Shown here one piece after another: positions 39,620 through 54,393 of a DNA stretch of 64,000 nucleotides. Positions within the stretch are counted from its first letter, which is position 1. The number at the start of each line of letters is the position of its first letter. This DNA is from Octopus sinensis (lineage: Eukaryota). Below the pieces are notes generated by a model. It had not been told where the DNA came from and did no database searches. It saw only the letters and a program-made list of their open reading frames with translations. The translations under genes were made by a program, and so were the position numbers. The DNA is taken from contig NC_042998.1 in the NCBI RefSeq assembly GCF_006345805.1, forward strand, positions 68,324,001 to 68,388,000, in the 5' to 3' direction.

Positions 39620-40075
39620 TGTGTGTGTGTGCATATAAATCTGTTAAACTCCACCCCACTCTTTCTCCCTCACTCTGTCTCACTTCATATGTGTGTGTTG
39701 TCTGTGTCCGTGTGTGTTTGCATTTGTATGTGTTTGTGTGTGTGTCCGTGTGTGTGTGTGTCCGTGTGTATGTGTTTGTACGTGTCTGTGTGTATGTGTA
39801 TCGTGTTTGTGTGTATGCGTGTCTATGTGTGTGTGTGTTTGTATGTGTGTGTGTCAGTGTGTATGTTTGTGTGTGTGTGTATGTCTGTGTCAGTGAATGT
39901 GTATGTGTGTATGTGTTTGTGTGTGTGTGTATGTGTATGTTTGTGTGTGCTTGTGTGTGTGTTTGTGCGTGTGTGTGTGTCCATGTGTACGTTTGTGAGT
40001 GTGTATGTCTGTGTCCGTGTGTTTGTGTGTGTGTGTGTGTGTGTTGTGTGTCGTGTCCTGTATGGGTGTGTTGGT

Positions 40076-40123
<48 letters not shown>

Positions 40124-40497
40124 TTTTCTCTTAAAGCAGTATCCGAAAATTTTTGTTTTAAGTATTGAAAAACATGGGTGAAATTCATATACACAAACAA
40201 TTTATTCGCATCGATTCTTCGCTGTTCTCCACAGTGCCCCGTAGTGTTTGAATGCGTGCCAATACCTGATGTCTAAAGTTGAATATCGTTTACGTCAGCT
40301 GCAATGGATGACGTCTGCTTTTACGTCGATGTTCAGCTTTTATTTTTTCAATTTTTATCGAATATAACGAGTTTCTAGCTGAAGCTGTGTGTTGTGAGAA
40401 ATTTGGTTTTCGAGTAACACTCCAAGAAGGGAATAAATATTTTTGAATGACTGGAACGGTTTTTATTTTAAAGCAACGACTTATGAAATTACAGGTG

Positions 40498-40588
<91 letters not shown>

Positions 40589-40631
40589 GGATGGATAGAT
40601 AGATGGATGGATAGATGGATGGATGGATAGA

Positions 40632-40662
<31 letters not shown>

Positions 40663-40723
40663 CAGACAGACAGACTAACAAAGGGAGAGAATATATAGAT
40701 AAATAACAGGCAGGCAGGCAGGC

Positions 40724-40782
<59 letters not shown>

Positions 40783-41043
40783 AAGATAGATAGATAGATA
40801 TGTTTCTTTATTGGCCACACAGGGCTGAACTCAAAGGGGGCAAAATACGAAGTAGAGCTTTTCTTTTGGGGATGAGAAGGAAAAGAAAATAAAAGACATG
40901 CGGACAGAGAGACTGACAGGCAGACAGACAGCGACAGACAGACAAAGGGAGAGAAGAGGCGATAGATAGATATATAGAATGAGAGAGAGAGGCAGACAGA
41001 GATAGAGACAGAGAGAGATAGGCAGACAAAGAAAGAGATTAAG

Positions 41044-41075
<32 letters not shown>

Positions 41076-41208
41076 TTGATAAGCAGACAGGCGGACGGAT
41101 AGATTGAGAGAGAGGGGGGGATAGGGCCAGACAGACAAACAGATAGATAGACAGACAGACTGACAGATAGAGAGAGAGAGAGAAAGAGATAGATAGAGAG
41201 AGAGAAAG

Positions 41209-41249
<41 letters not shown>

Positions 41250-41250
41250 A
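39620..41250. repeat. Degenerate (TG)n, (GATA)n and (GA)n microsatellites
   Basis: Visible directly. Confidence 0.9.
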
Positions 41251-41960
41251 CCAGATGCGTGCCTGCATGTATCTGTGGATGAGTACTGCGCATGGCTGTA
41301 TTGTAAATATCGGTGAATCTGCGTTATACGTGCATAAGCGCATGCGTATACTACTACAAGTTTATAAGCATCGGCATGTTAACTCTTCTTAGTGCAGGAA
41401 CCACAAAGTGAATGTTAGATGATGTGAACCAACAACAGCAACAACAACTTGTAAAAGTTTATTAAAGAATTTAATAACGGATGTCTTCATAAATCACTTG
41501 AAATTAGTATTTCTTTCTTGTTTTTTCACAAATCATAAACTGATAAATCTATCAACACTATTGAGACTGATAAAAGACAGAGTTTTAGTTGTTTTTTGTT
41601 TGTTTGTTTTTTTGTTTTTGTTTTTTTTTTTTACTTTTCCTCTTTTTTCTTGGTTTATACGATTTTCTATTTTCTTTCGTTGCTGCTGTTTGTTAGTCTT
41701 CTTAGCTGTTGTTATTTTCGTATTTTTTTTTTTGGTTTTTTTTTTGCAATATTCAGTTTTGTTATTTATCTTTAAGAATTTTATTTTCTTCTTTTGCGGT
41801 GCTGAATTGATGTTTTCTACGGTTGGGGCAGGTAGAGAGGTTTTCTTTCTACATTAATTTTAAACTTCCGATTGAGGTACCAACACGGACGTACAGCAAG
41901 TTTTAGTTTCTATTTTCAGTCTGAGACAGAATGACATGGTGGTGGTGGTGGTGTGGTGGT

Positions 41961-42060
41961 NNNNNNNNNNNNNNNNNNNNNNNNNNNNNNNNNNNNNNNN
42001 NNNNNNNNNNNNNNNNNNNNNNNNNNNNNNNNNNNNNNNNNNNNNNNNNNNNNNNNNNNN
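41961..42060. other. Assembly gap (100 N)
   Basis: Run of N. Confidence 1.
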
Positions 42061-42375
42061 TGTCGGCTGTATATCTACTCCTCGTTTCGAGCATTCAATG
42101 ACAATATGAGACTTTGAAAGGCAGATGCTACCGCGAGCCAAATTAAAATTTGGGATTTGTAGAGTAGATAGACAGTCGACAACTGATGACGGGTCGTTCT
42201 TTATGTTACTTGTCTTGTTTTCCATTTGCTTCTCTCGTTGTTTACGTTTTGTGACGCCCTCTACCCACAGGTATGTATATGCATACATGTAGATATATAT
42301 ATATGCATATATATGTATATATATTATTTATATTATGATTTGATTGAACACCACGCATCCATTTCCAAGTAAGTT

Positions 42376-42409
<34 letters not shown>

Positions 42410-42555
42410 AAATAAGTGTTATAAACCTCATTAAGGTTGTCAGAGATGTTGTCATTAATTAAACAATAAATAATATTTTATTAATTACCTCACGATTTTC
42501 TCCTTATCCTTTATATATATATATATATACACACACACTCATATATTTATATATT

Positions 42556-42596
<41 letters not shown>

Positions 42597-42816
42597 ATGC
42601 ATTTGTATACATGTCTACAGCCGTAACGTATAACAAAAATTAAGAGAACAGCAGCAGATGTGATTAAGCCCACATCAGCCGTGTTATTATCCAGAATCAT
42701 ACCAGTTTCGCCTCTGGGAATATGTTTTCACATATCTTCACACACCACACACACACATATACACACACACACACACATACACACACAACATATATATATA
42801 TATATATTATATATAG

Positions 42817-42865
<49 letters not shown>

Positions 42866-42894
42866 TTATGTATAGCTATGTAGGCCAGGCAGGC

Positions 42895-43150
42895 TGGTAG
42901 AAAGTAGGTAGGTAGGTAGGTAGGTAAGTAGGTAGATAGGTAGGTAGGTAGGTAGGTAGTATGTAGGTAGGTAGGTAGGTAGTTAGGTATGTAGGTAGGT
43001 AAGTAGTTAGGTAGGTAGGTAGGTAGGTAGTTAGGTAGGTAGGTAGGTAGGCAGGCAGGCAGGTAGGTAGGTAGGTAGGTAGGTAGGTAGGTAGGTAGGT
43101 AGGTAGGTAGGTAGGTAGGTAGGTAGGTTTGGTAGGTAGGTAGGTAGGTA
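42895..43150. repeat. (TAGG)n microsatellite
   Basis: Visible directly. Confidence 0.95.
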
Positions 43151-43479
43151 TGCATGCATGTACATATATATGTATTGTCGAAAGAACATGAGTTACGTAA
43201 TTATATAATTATATGATTTAAGAACGCAGAGTGAGTGCTGTGTTTCCGAAGTTAAACATTGTAAACTAATGAATGTAATTACATAACTCTTATTCTTTTG
43301 CGCTATAATTGTGTTTCTGTTTATATGAGAGACCTGATGGAAGGATATCTGGGAGTTAACAATTCCTCTTGTCACAGCTTATAAATACTGGATGTTATAA
43401 ATGCATAGAATTATAACAAGCGTATAATAATCTTTTTTAAGCAAAACACAACTATAAGATAGATAGAAGAAAGACAGAA

Positions 43480-43526
<47 letters not shown>

Positions 43527-43555
43527 TAGATAGACAGACAGACAGATAGATAATA

Positions 43556-43607
<52 letters not shown>

Positions 43608-44942
43608 TAGATAGATAGAAGATAGATAATAGATTTCTTTATTGGCCACGCAGGGCTGAACACAGGAGGGACAAAATACATAGTGGAGCTTTTCTTTTTG
43701 GGAAGAAGAGAAGGGGGAAAAAGGGTAGAATTCCGATCAAAAGGGATCGTGAAAGTAAAAAAAAGTGGGGCCGATCAATAGGGATCGTGTATCACAGAAA
43801 TGTCAATGTAAAAATGGAAAACAGATTAGGTTTGGCCGTGGATAGAAAAGCCTTATTATTATTATTCGTTTCCTTTCCTATAATTTTTCAACGTGCGGAT
43901 AACACAACCCCACCATTTACTGATATATATATATATATTAATAATAATATATTAGGGAATAAATCCAAACTTACAGGGAAAAATCAGATTTAGGATTGAA
44001 TCCAATTTTATAGTAAAATATTATATTATATCAAATTAGAGATAAAACCATTATTAGGCAAATCAAACAATGAAAAACTTAAGCCAATACATAAAATTAA
44101 TTAATTTATATTATTTTAAATATATATCAAAAGTATTAAAAGATTAATAAAAGATAATGATTAAAACACTACGATCCTTTCATGGCTGAATATACAGCCA
44201 ATTCGAGTTATGGTTACAGTCAATCTTCAGGTGATTGAAATATATATTACATACGACGGGTTTCTTTCATTTCCCGTCTACCAAATCAGCTCACAAGGCT
44301 TTGATCGGTCCGAGGCTTTAGTGGAAGAGACTTGCCCAAGGTGCCACGCAGTGGGACTGAACCTGGAACCATGTGGTTGGGAAGCAAGCTTCTTACCACA
44401 CAGCAGAGGAACTTACCTTTGTTACTATTTTTGACTTTTCTGTCCCAAATAACAATGTCGGGATTGTTTTCACTTGGAAGAAGTTTTCATGGTAATGTAT
44501 GTATGTATATTGTTGCCAAAACAACGTAACTTTCTGTCGACATTTATCCCGTCATCAAGTAACGGACCCAAACGCTGCGTCATCATTCTATTTTAACAAA
44601 CAGGTAACCTGGTGGCAGCAATCTCTTCACCGAATACGTTCGGTTGTTGGTAGCTTCTCTGTGAGAGGCTCTTCCACCCTTAGGAAGATCTTAATCCTAG
44701 CCCTGCTGCGCGCCACTCATCATCCATGCTTAGTAAAGTTAGTGTTATTGGCAATTTAGTCGCCAAATGCCTTACTGTGAGACAAGCTGCATTTAGCTCT
44801 ACTCTGCCAGAAATAAATAAAACGATAATCTCACCATATTCCCTCAACGACAATGTAGATTTTCTTCTTTCCATTTGACGGGTGTTTTTATGGAAGTATT
44901 GGATCAACACAAGCCTCTGAGAAGTTCCACTAAAACTAAATA

Positions 44943-46227
44943 TAAGGTCATCCCATAAGTTCTGTCCGAATTTTCAATAAAGAAAACAATAAATCAAATG
45001 TTATATTTAATTGAAATTTAATCATCAATGCACTTTCCCTGATTATCTATGACTTCCTTCCATCTTTTTACAAGCTTTGTAATCCCATCGATGTAAAACT
45101 CTTTTGGTTTCAAAGCGAAGAACTCTAAAATGTCAGTTTCAACCTCCTCCTGGCTTGCGAAAGTTATGTCCCCCAAATGATTCTGTAAACTACGAAACAA
45201 ATGGTAGTCTGAAAGAGCAAGGTCGGGAGAATAAGGTGGATAAGGAATTTTTTCCCAACCAAGCTCTTCGATCTTCTGTGATGTGATCTTTGCAGTGTGG
45301 GGTCACGTATTGTCCTGATAAAACATTACCCCTTTACGATTCACTAAAGCGGGTTTTTTTTTTCAAAGCTTGGTTCAAACGCTCTAGGTGCTGACAGTAG
45401 ACTTGAGCAGTGATTGTTGCATTAGGTGGTAACAATTCAAAGTGAATTACACCTTTGCAATCCCACCAGATAGAAAGAAGAAGCTTTTTTCCCATGAAGT
45501 TCCCTTCTCGGTTGTGGTTGAACTTTCTCCCTTTTACCAAGTCACTGTTTACGACGTTTAACATTTCGATAGAAGATCCATTTTTCGTCACAGTCACAAG
45601 TCTATCCAAATAGTGTGAAATTAGTTCGCGAGAATGGAGAGAAGAATAGATGTCAACTCGGGATTTGCGGTTGCTTTCGGACAATTCATGAGGCACCCAT
45701 TTTCCAAGTTTAGGAACCTTTCCAAGTTGTTGAAGATGACGATGAACAGTTGTATGGTTTGAACTAAGCTTTATTGCCAATTCTTCAACTGATAATGCAG
45801 GATTTTCTTCAGGCAATGCCTCAAGGTGCTTATCATCAAACTCAACTGGACGTTCTGTTTGAGCTTCATCATCAAGGCTGAAATCTCCACTTCTGAATTT
45901 TACAAACCATCTTCTGCAAGTTCTGTCATTCAAGCATTCTTTTCCGTAAACTTAGTGTATGTTTTGAGTCGCTTCAGCTGCAGAGTTTCCTTGTTTGTAC
46001 TCGTAAAGCATTATGTGCCTCAAATGCTCTTTGGATACTTCCATGTTAGAAAGGTTTTAATCAAAGAAATTTTAATTCTATTATTCTGTAAAATAATATT
46101 TAATTAGTTTAAATGTACACAAATGCATAAAAATAATTTTTAATTCCATCAGACATTCTAAAATACTATTAAATTTCATTCAATTTTAAAAAAGGTAAAA
46201 TCGGACAGAACTTATGGGATGACCTGA
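44943..46227 (-). mobile_element. Full-length mariner transposon (1285 bp)
   Basis: 27-bp TIRs T(A/C)AGGTCATCCCATAAGTTCTGTCCGA at 44943-44969 and 46201-46227; TA target duplication on both sides. Confidence 0.95.
45018..46044 (-). pseudogene. Mariner transposase, disrupted
   Basis: MEVSKEHLRHIMLYEYKQG, WVPHEL, LVNRKGV.F.QDN and YSPDLA(L)SDYHLF, with an in-frame stop and frameshifts. Confidence 0.93.
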
Positions 46228-46249
46228 TATTACAACTAGTTTTACACAC

Positions 46250-47055
46250 CATTATTTTAATCCAATGCTGTTTCAAGTGTCTATATTAATTTAATTCTAG
46301 CCTGGCTGGCTTTCACACAAATCAGTTAATGTATTGTCAACCGATTTATATATCGGCACTTGTATATTCAGCTTGCCTGAAAAGTTCCGTTGTATTCATT
46401 ACTGCGGAGACAAGATCAAATCAAAACAGAATGTCCGGCGGTCCACCGGCATTCTTAAAGAAGCTATGTGATTATTGGGTCACATGTGTTTTCAAGAAAT
46501 TTCTTTATAACAAAATACTACAGCTAGTGCCCTTCCACGTTTAGATGCCAATTATAATTGTAAATATATCCATCAGTGTCTTAATCTAATGCTGTTTCAA
46601 GTGTGTATGCTAATTTTATTTTAATCTGACCAGCTTGTACACAAACCAATAAATGTTGTTTGTTTTTTACCGATTTCTTTATCCCTTAGAATGTCAGTGA
46701 TATTCGTCACTGAGATAACGAAATCAGATTGAAAGCCCATGTCAGGCAATCTTCTGGATTTCTAAGCAAAGCCCTGTATTTTTTAACACACAAGTCTCGT
46801 CGAGAAATTTCTATGAGAAAATATTAGACGTTTGTATATGAATGTCAATAAATGTATAAACACCGGTATTATGTTATAAGGCTGTTTCAAGAGCATGTGT
46901 CAATTTAACTCTTACCTGACCAGCTTCAGCACAAATTAGTAAATATTTTGCTTACTGATTTCTAGATCGGAACAAGTACATTTTGCTTAGCTCAGGATAA
47001 AAAAGGTTATTCGTCACTGAAGAGACGTTATCAGGTCGAAACACCGGAGTTATGA
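46250..47055 (+). repeat. Old diverged ~307-bp tandem repeat (3 units) with fossil hammerhead cores
   Basis: GCTGTTTCAAG recurs three times; HHR-like cores at 46402, 46710 and 47017 share identical 7+3+8+3+4 spacing. Confidence 0.7.
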
Positions 47056-48276
47056 ACTGGAGGTGCGTGGCTTAGTAGTTACGGTATTGGACTCGTGATT
47101 GTAAGATTGTGGCTTCGATTTCTGGTAAATATGAGTAATCCTGCGACGAACAAGTGTACCGTCTAGGAGGAATGTATGCGCCACAGAAACCGAGAAAGCG
47201 ATCCTACGAGTTTATATGACTTGGGAATGTTCTTTACTCTTTTGCCTGTTTTCTGAACGAAGTCTTGTGTTTGTTTGTTTTTTGCATAGATTATCTGTGA
47301 CAAAATATCACAGTTGGGGGCCGTTCAACTTTTGTACATACATTATTAACGTTACACATACCGATAATAGTCCTTCTGATGTAATACACGAATATTCTCT
47401 ACATCAGTAATGTGTGCTTAGATATTTTTTTCCCAGAACAGTCACTTCAGCAGATGGAGTTGTGTATTGCTTTAGCACCAAAAAAAACATACATAAAGTT
47501 ATGGATTGGTTTGGTAAAAAAAAAAAAAAAAGATATCGTTGCACATAGAATAATATTACGACGATGATATTTTAGGATACACACAGATTATACGTAAAAA
47601 TCCCTCCACAGAATTTTGATACAATCGACATTGTGATTACAACTTGCAGGATTAAAGGATTTACTATATCTTTTGTTCGCCAGATATTTTGTAAATATCG
47701 CCTGCTGGTGGATTGAAGCAAAACCATCGAAGTGTGACGTGATGTAACTGTGAAAGCTTCCAACTGATGTTAGGATCTCGTGGCTTTTATTAACAATGGA
47801 ACCTATGTCTTTTGAAGTCTGTTGAATGTTGGTAGCAGCATTCATACTGAAACAGCTTTTTAAGATATGTGTGTGTACATATAACATGTGTTGTGTATAT
47901 ATGTACGCGTGTGTACATATACATGTGTTATATATATATACATATGTACATGTGTGTATGTGCATGTATATCCTCAGGGGTTGTATAAATATATATATAT
48001 ATATATGTACAAACACATAGATATATATTTATATATACACACATATACACATTTATATACATATATAATTACGTGTGTATATTATATATGTATTGTATAT
48101 ATCCCTGAATGTGTGTATATTTGCGTGTATGTATGTGTGTGTGGATGGATGTATGTATATATTCATATATATGTTTATATGCTTGTGTATGTATATATGA
48201 ATGCATGTATGTATAAATGTATGTTTGTATGTATGTATGTATGTAGGTAGGTAGGTAGGTAGGTAGGTAGGTAGGG

Positions 48277-48329
<53 letters not shown>

Positions 48330-48440
48330 ATAATACTTCATCTCTTTAACTGTTTGACCATGTCTCTGCAGCGTCTGTGTGTCTGTATGTATTGTGTGTG
48401 TGTATGTGTGTGTGTGTGTGTGTTGTGTGTGTGTGTGTGT

Positions 48441-48479
<39 letters not shown>

Positions 48480-48618
48480 TGTGCGTGTTGTTTGTCGTGC
48501 GTGCTGTGTGCTGTGCTGATAGATAGGTGAACAGATAGCCCACTAGCTAACTGGATAGACAGATAGGTTTGTGAAAGTACGTACATACATACATACACAC
48601 ATGTATATATATATAATA

Positions 48619-48660
<42 letters not shown>

Positions 48661-48709
48661 ATATATATATATATACACACATATATATATATAAATATAT
48701 ATATATATA

Positions 48710-48763
<54 letters not shown>

Positions 48764-49519
48764 CTACTTGAGAGAATCTCAGGAGATTTTTCTCTTATAT
48801 TTCTTTCAACTGCTTAAATCCATTATTTAAGCAAACATTACTGAAAATAACAAACTTTGTGAAGTGTTTATTTATTTATTTAGCCCGGATTAGTTTGTTT
48901 TGCAACACCATCTCTTCGTTTACTCTCTCTCTCTCTCTCTCTCCCTCTCTCTTACTACCAATTCCACTAAATACGATAAAAATTAATTAATATTCAAATT
49001 TTGAATCTTTTCTATCACTCGTGATACAGAAAGTGTACCATGTTTAATTTAGTAAAATATATAATTTTAAAAAACCACTAGTCTTCAGTGTTAGCCATTC
49101 TCAATGTTATAGAAACAAAAACTGAAATAAAAATATGGTGAGATTTAGTAAAACCTTATGGCAATGTAAGTTAGAAATAAAACGGAATAAAATATGGCGT
49201 TAACAATAAATAACAAAGATGCAGAAAGGTTTAAAATTCCGTTTGAAACATCCTGATATTTCGGGTAAAATATCTCTTCTTCAGGTAGCATGAGAAGATC
49301 AAAATTTATTATTTTCGTATACAACATATAAACACATACAACTTTTAGAACATTGTCATTTTGCTGGCAAATTTTTTAATAAGCATAAACATTTATTTAC
49401 ATGAAAGAAAATTACCGGAGAACTTTCATCTAATTCTTCCAAATATTTCTGTTAAAATTGTATTGAAACCATTTGTGGGGAATTCTTTTTTTTTTTTATC
49501 ACAGCAACTGATCGCACAC

Positions 49520-49700
49520 CACAAGGTTTAACAGAACCTACTGAAGAAAGCTAATACGCTCGCAGCATTACCACGGGCGATGGCGAGGCTAAGACATGTG
49601 AAGTGTTCTCCGAGTCAGTTCATAGCCAGCTCTATCTCCTGATAGAAAATTGTTCTCTCGTATCATTTTAAAGCTTAGCAATTTTTATGTTAAGGAAAGA
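49520..49700 (-). pseudogene. CRE-like RLE C-terminal fragment
   Basis: CLSLAIARGNAASVL. Confidence 0.6.
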
Positions 49701-49982
49701 GTGTCATGTGCTGGTCAAGTGGCCGGTCAAATGCTGTCTGATTAACTAAAAACTAATGCCTGGAAGCTAACATGATTTATAATAGTTCCCAGTCGAAATT
49801 CCCAGATACCCATTGAGTTAACCCAAACTTCAATCAAATAAGTTATAAAGGCGAAGGCGTGGCTGTGGTGGTAAGAAGCTTACTTCCCAACCACATGGTT
49901 CCGTGTTTAGTCCTACTGCGTGGCCCCTTAAGAAAATATGTTCTACTATAGCCTACAATATATATATATATATATAGATATC

Positions 49983-50034
<52 letters not shown>

Positions 50035-51769
50035 TATATGAAGGGGATTCTTTCAGTTTCCATCTACCAATCCAGTCATAATGCTTTGGTCAGCCCGAGG
50101 CTATAGTAAGAAGACACTTACCCAAGGTGCCACGCAGTGGGACTGAACCAGGAACCATGATGACGGGAAGCAAACTTCTTGCCACACAGCCACACCAAGG
50201 ATCTCCTACTATGGCCGCGGGCCGACCAAAGACATGTGGGTGGATTTGGTAGACGGAAACCGAAAGAAGCCCGTCGTATGTGTGTGTGTGCACGCATGCG
50301 CGCGCGCGTGTGTGTTTCTTTGTATCTGTGTTTGTGCCCATCACCACTTGACAATCGGTGTTGGTATCTTTATGTCTCTGCGGCATAGCGGTTCGGCAAA
50401 AGACACCGACAGAATGAGTACCAGGCTTTATAAACCAATTAATACTGCGGTCACCAGTATGGTCGCAGTCTAATGACTGAAGCGAGTCAAAAGAATGAAG
50501 ATTAAAGATAGATGCGTTCATTTGGTTTCAATAGATTTAAATTGAGGCAGAAAATGAAAATGTGTGTGTTTGTGTGTGTATGTGTGTGTATGTGTGTGTA
50601 CGCGTATTTGTCTGTTTGCGTGTGTGTGTGTGTGTACGCGTATTTGTCTGTGTTTGTATGTGTGTGTGCGTGCGTACGCATTTGTGTGTGTGTATGCGTG
50701 CATGCGTGTTTGTATGTGTGTGTGAGCGTATTTATGTGTGTTTGTGTGTGTGTGTGAGTGTGCATGCGTGCGTGCGTATTCGTGTGTATGCGTGCGTATT
50801 TTTGTGTGTCTGTGTGTGTGTGTACGTGAGTGTGTGTGTCTACGTGTGTGCGTGAGTATTTGTATGTAAGCGTGTACGTATTCGTGTTTGTGTGCGTGCG
50901 TTCGTATTTGCGCGCGTGCGCGTGCGTACGTGTGTGTGTTTGTGTGTGTGGGTGGGTGTGCGTGTGGTATGTGGGTGGGTGTGCGTGTGGGTGTGCTTCT
51001 TTGTGTGTGTGTCTGTTGAGCGACTTGCATCTTAAGAAGGAAACTATTATATAAATTTCAAGCGAACTGTAAGCTTGAATAATACATTAGCCTTTTGCTG
51101 CTGCTGCTGCTACTACTACAACTTTTACAACTACTACCACTACCACTACTACTACTGAATAATACATTGTAAGCTGTTTAGAGAATCTCGTGCAATTTGA
51201 ATAAGAGACATCTATGGAAGCAGTAGAAAGCCTGTCTTGCTATCTTGCCATGTACACATTTCTGCGGCTTCTGTTTGAGATTAAAAATACTACCTTTTAC
51301 CGCTGCTGGTCAACATATTCCAGCAGCCTCTTTATGTACAAGCCTTTGTATTGAGACCTTGAACAAGTTATTTTCCTCTAAACATTTCGAGCTTTCATTA
51401 GCTAATGTCGTTGGCCTGTATTCTATTCGTGGTTGATTCACGTAATTATTCGTCATGTAGGCTTCTTAAGAATGGATATTATTATGGTAAATATTCAATG
51501 CTGTAATGCAAACTGTTATTTATTCACTATGACAAATATTTCAAGATTACAATCAAAATAGACACCAGAAAATTGAAATAGCAAAATCTATAGAGAAACA
51601 GTTCTGCAAACTACGCTTACTTTATGTAAGATACTTTCGTTAATATTTCGGGAAGTTATAGAGAAGATACACTGTGATGAGGATTCTACGGCAAGAAATG
51701 AAACGTATCTGGAGTTATACGCCGTATTTCTCGGCGAAAATATAAATTTCTCAGAAACTATTATTTCCA

Positions 51770-51901
51770 ACCACATGGTTCCGGGTTCAGTCCCACTGCG
51801 TGGTACTTTGGGCAAGTGTTTTCTACTATAGCCTCGGCCGACCAAAGCTTTGTGAGTGGATTTGGCAGACAGAAATTATATTTATATATATATATATATA
51901 T

Positions 51902-51957
<56 letters not shown>

Positions 51958-52256
51958 TGTGGTGTGTGTGTTGTGGTGTGTGTGTGTGTGTGCATGTATA
52001 TATGTATGTTTGTATGTATGTATGTATGTATGTATGTATGTATGTGTATATGTTTGTGTGTCTGTGTTTGTCCCCAAACATCGCTTGACAAACGATGCTG
52101 GTGTGTTTACGTCCCCGTAACTTAGCGGTTTGGCAAAAAGATTCCGATAGAATAAGTACTAGGCTTACAAAGAATAAATCCTGGGGTCGATTTGCTCGAC
52201 GTTGATCCAGTATGGCCGAAGTCAAATGACTGAAGCAAGTAAAAGAATAAAAGAAT
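51770..52256 (+). mobile_element. SINE family A, 5'-truncated, with internal microsatellite
   Basis: Colinear with 7033-7488. Confidence 0.85.
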
Positions 52257-52261
52257 TATTA

Positions 52262-52929
<668 letters not shown>

Positions 52930-53309
52930 CATTGGCAGCGAGCTGATAGAATCGCTAGCGCGCCAGATGGAATACTTAGCGGTATTTCGTCTGTCGTTAC
53001 GTTCTGAGTTCAAATTCTGCCTTTCATCTTTTCGGGATCGATTAAATAAGTACCAGTTACGCACTGGGGTCAATATAATCAACTCAATCCGTTTGTCTAT
53101 CCTTGCTTGTCCTCTCTGTGTTTAGCCCCTTGTGAGTAGGAAAGAAATTGGTATTTTGCACACTCGCTACGTTCTGAGTTCAAATTCCGCCGAGGTCGAC
53201 TTTACTGTTCATCCTTTCGGATGGAATAAGTACCAGTTGTGTACTGGGGTCGATGTAATCGACTCATTCCCTCCCCAAAAATTGCTGCCCTTGCGGCGAA
53301 ATTTGAAAC

Positions 53310-53935
53310 CATTGTTATTATTATTATTATTATTGTCATTGTTGTTATTGTTGTTGTTTTCCTTCTCAGAATATTCGGTCTTGCTTGCTCTGGTAGGTTC
53401 TGTGAGAGCGGACAGCAGCCTGCTGTCAGAGGTCTCCCAGGGTCTCTTTCCGGACATTATACTTGGTTGTTAATTACCATGGGAGACATTCAACATCCAA
53501 CTACCAATCTCAAAATTCTTGCTGTCCCCAATAGTGCAGTTTCTGGGCTTGCTTTATTCTCATATCAATTCCAATTTCTCTGACATATATCTTGAACTTG
53601 GTTGTTAGTGATCCGAGTCCCCCTACAACTACTGGAATGACACTCAACTCTTAGTCCACATTCTTGCAATTTCGTCTTTTAGTCTGTACTTTTCAATCTT
53701 TTCTAATTCTTTGTGACTTATGCGTGCATCTCCAGGTATTGCAATATCTATAATCTTGGTTTCCTTTTTTCTTTATCTTCCACAACAACAATATCTGGTC
53801 CCCGACCTTCGATTAGGGAGCCACAATGGATTGTAAAATCCCACAATATCTTACGTTCCTTGCTCTTGGTGGGCAAAGGTAGCGGTCTCGTTCATAGCGC
53901 CTCCTCATCCTGGTTCGAAGGCTTGTACCACCAAA
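53310..53935 (-). mobile_element. R4/Dong-like RLE retrotransposon 3' remnant ending in (AAC/AAT)n
   Basis: KILWDFTI, PDIVVV, IDIAIPGD, EKIEKY, IPVVVGGLG and QKTALLGTARILR; stop at 53490. An upstream piece WKMKPLHGQ..WRWLRK lies at 54265-54395. Confidence 0.85.
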
Positions 53936-54265
53936 CAGCTGGTCGGCTCTAGCTGTTGGAACTGAAACTAACACGACACTATTGGAAGGCAGGTTTAGAG
54001 AGAGCACGGGTTAAGATTGCGCGCCCTTCTCCTCCATTGATCAGTTGAAGTTTAGACAGTGTCACGTGATAACTAGCTGGTGCTGGCTTCTGGAGCCTAC
54101 CGGTGAGTATTTAAAGGGAAATTTGGCAGGATGATCAGTCGCCCGCTGACATTCCTTGACGCTGCATCGAAGAAACCAAAGAACAGAAGAAAAAAAGGAG
54201 AAAGAAGAAATGTCACTCAACACCAGAGCTGAAGACACTTCCGAAAGCGGGGTTCCGCTTTTTCT
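53935..54265 (+). mobile_element. HERO-like 3' UTR segment nested in the R4 remnant
   Basis: GACAGTGTCACGTGA, CAGTCGCCC and CAACACCA.AGCTGAAGACAC.TCC are shared with the 33290-33480 HERO 3' UTR. Confidence 0.6.
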
Positions 54266-54393
54266 TAACCATCTCCAAGTGTTTATCTTGTCTTTTCCTT
54301 CGATTTCTCTGAGGCATTGTCCATGCAGTGGTTTCATTTTCCAGTTGTTTACTTTTTCTTCATTTTGCTTCTTAAATGTTTGTGCGTGCATCA

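Noticed and set aside
42895-43150. (TAGG)n as interstitial telomere
   Set aside because: The unit is a tetramer, not TTAGGG; it is an ordinary microsatellite.
44520-44600. Minus-strand TTGATGA...GAAAG
   Set aside because: Stems II and III cannot be formed.
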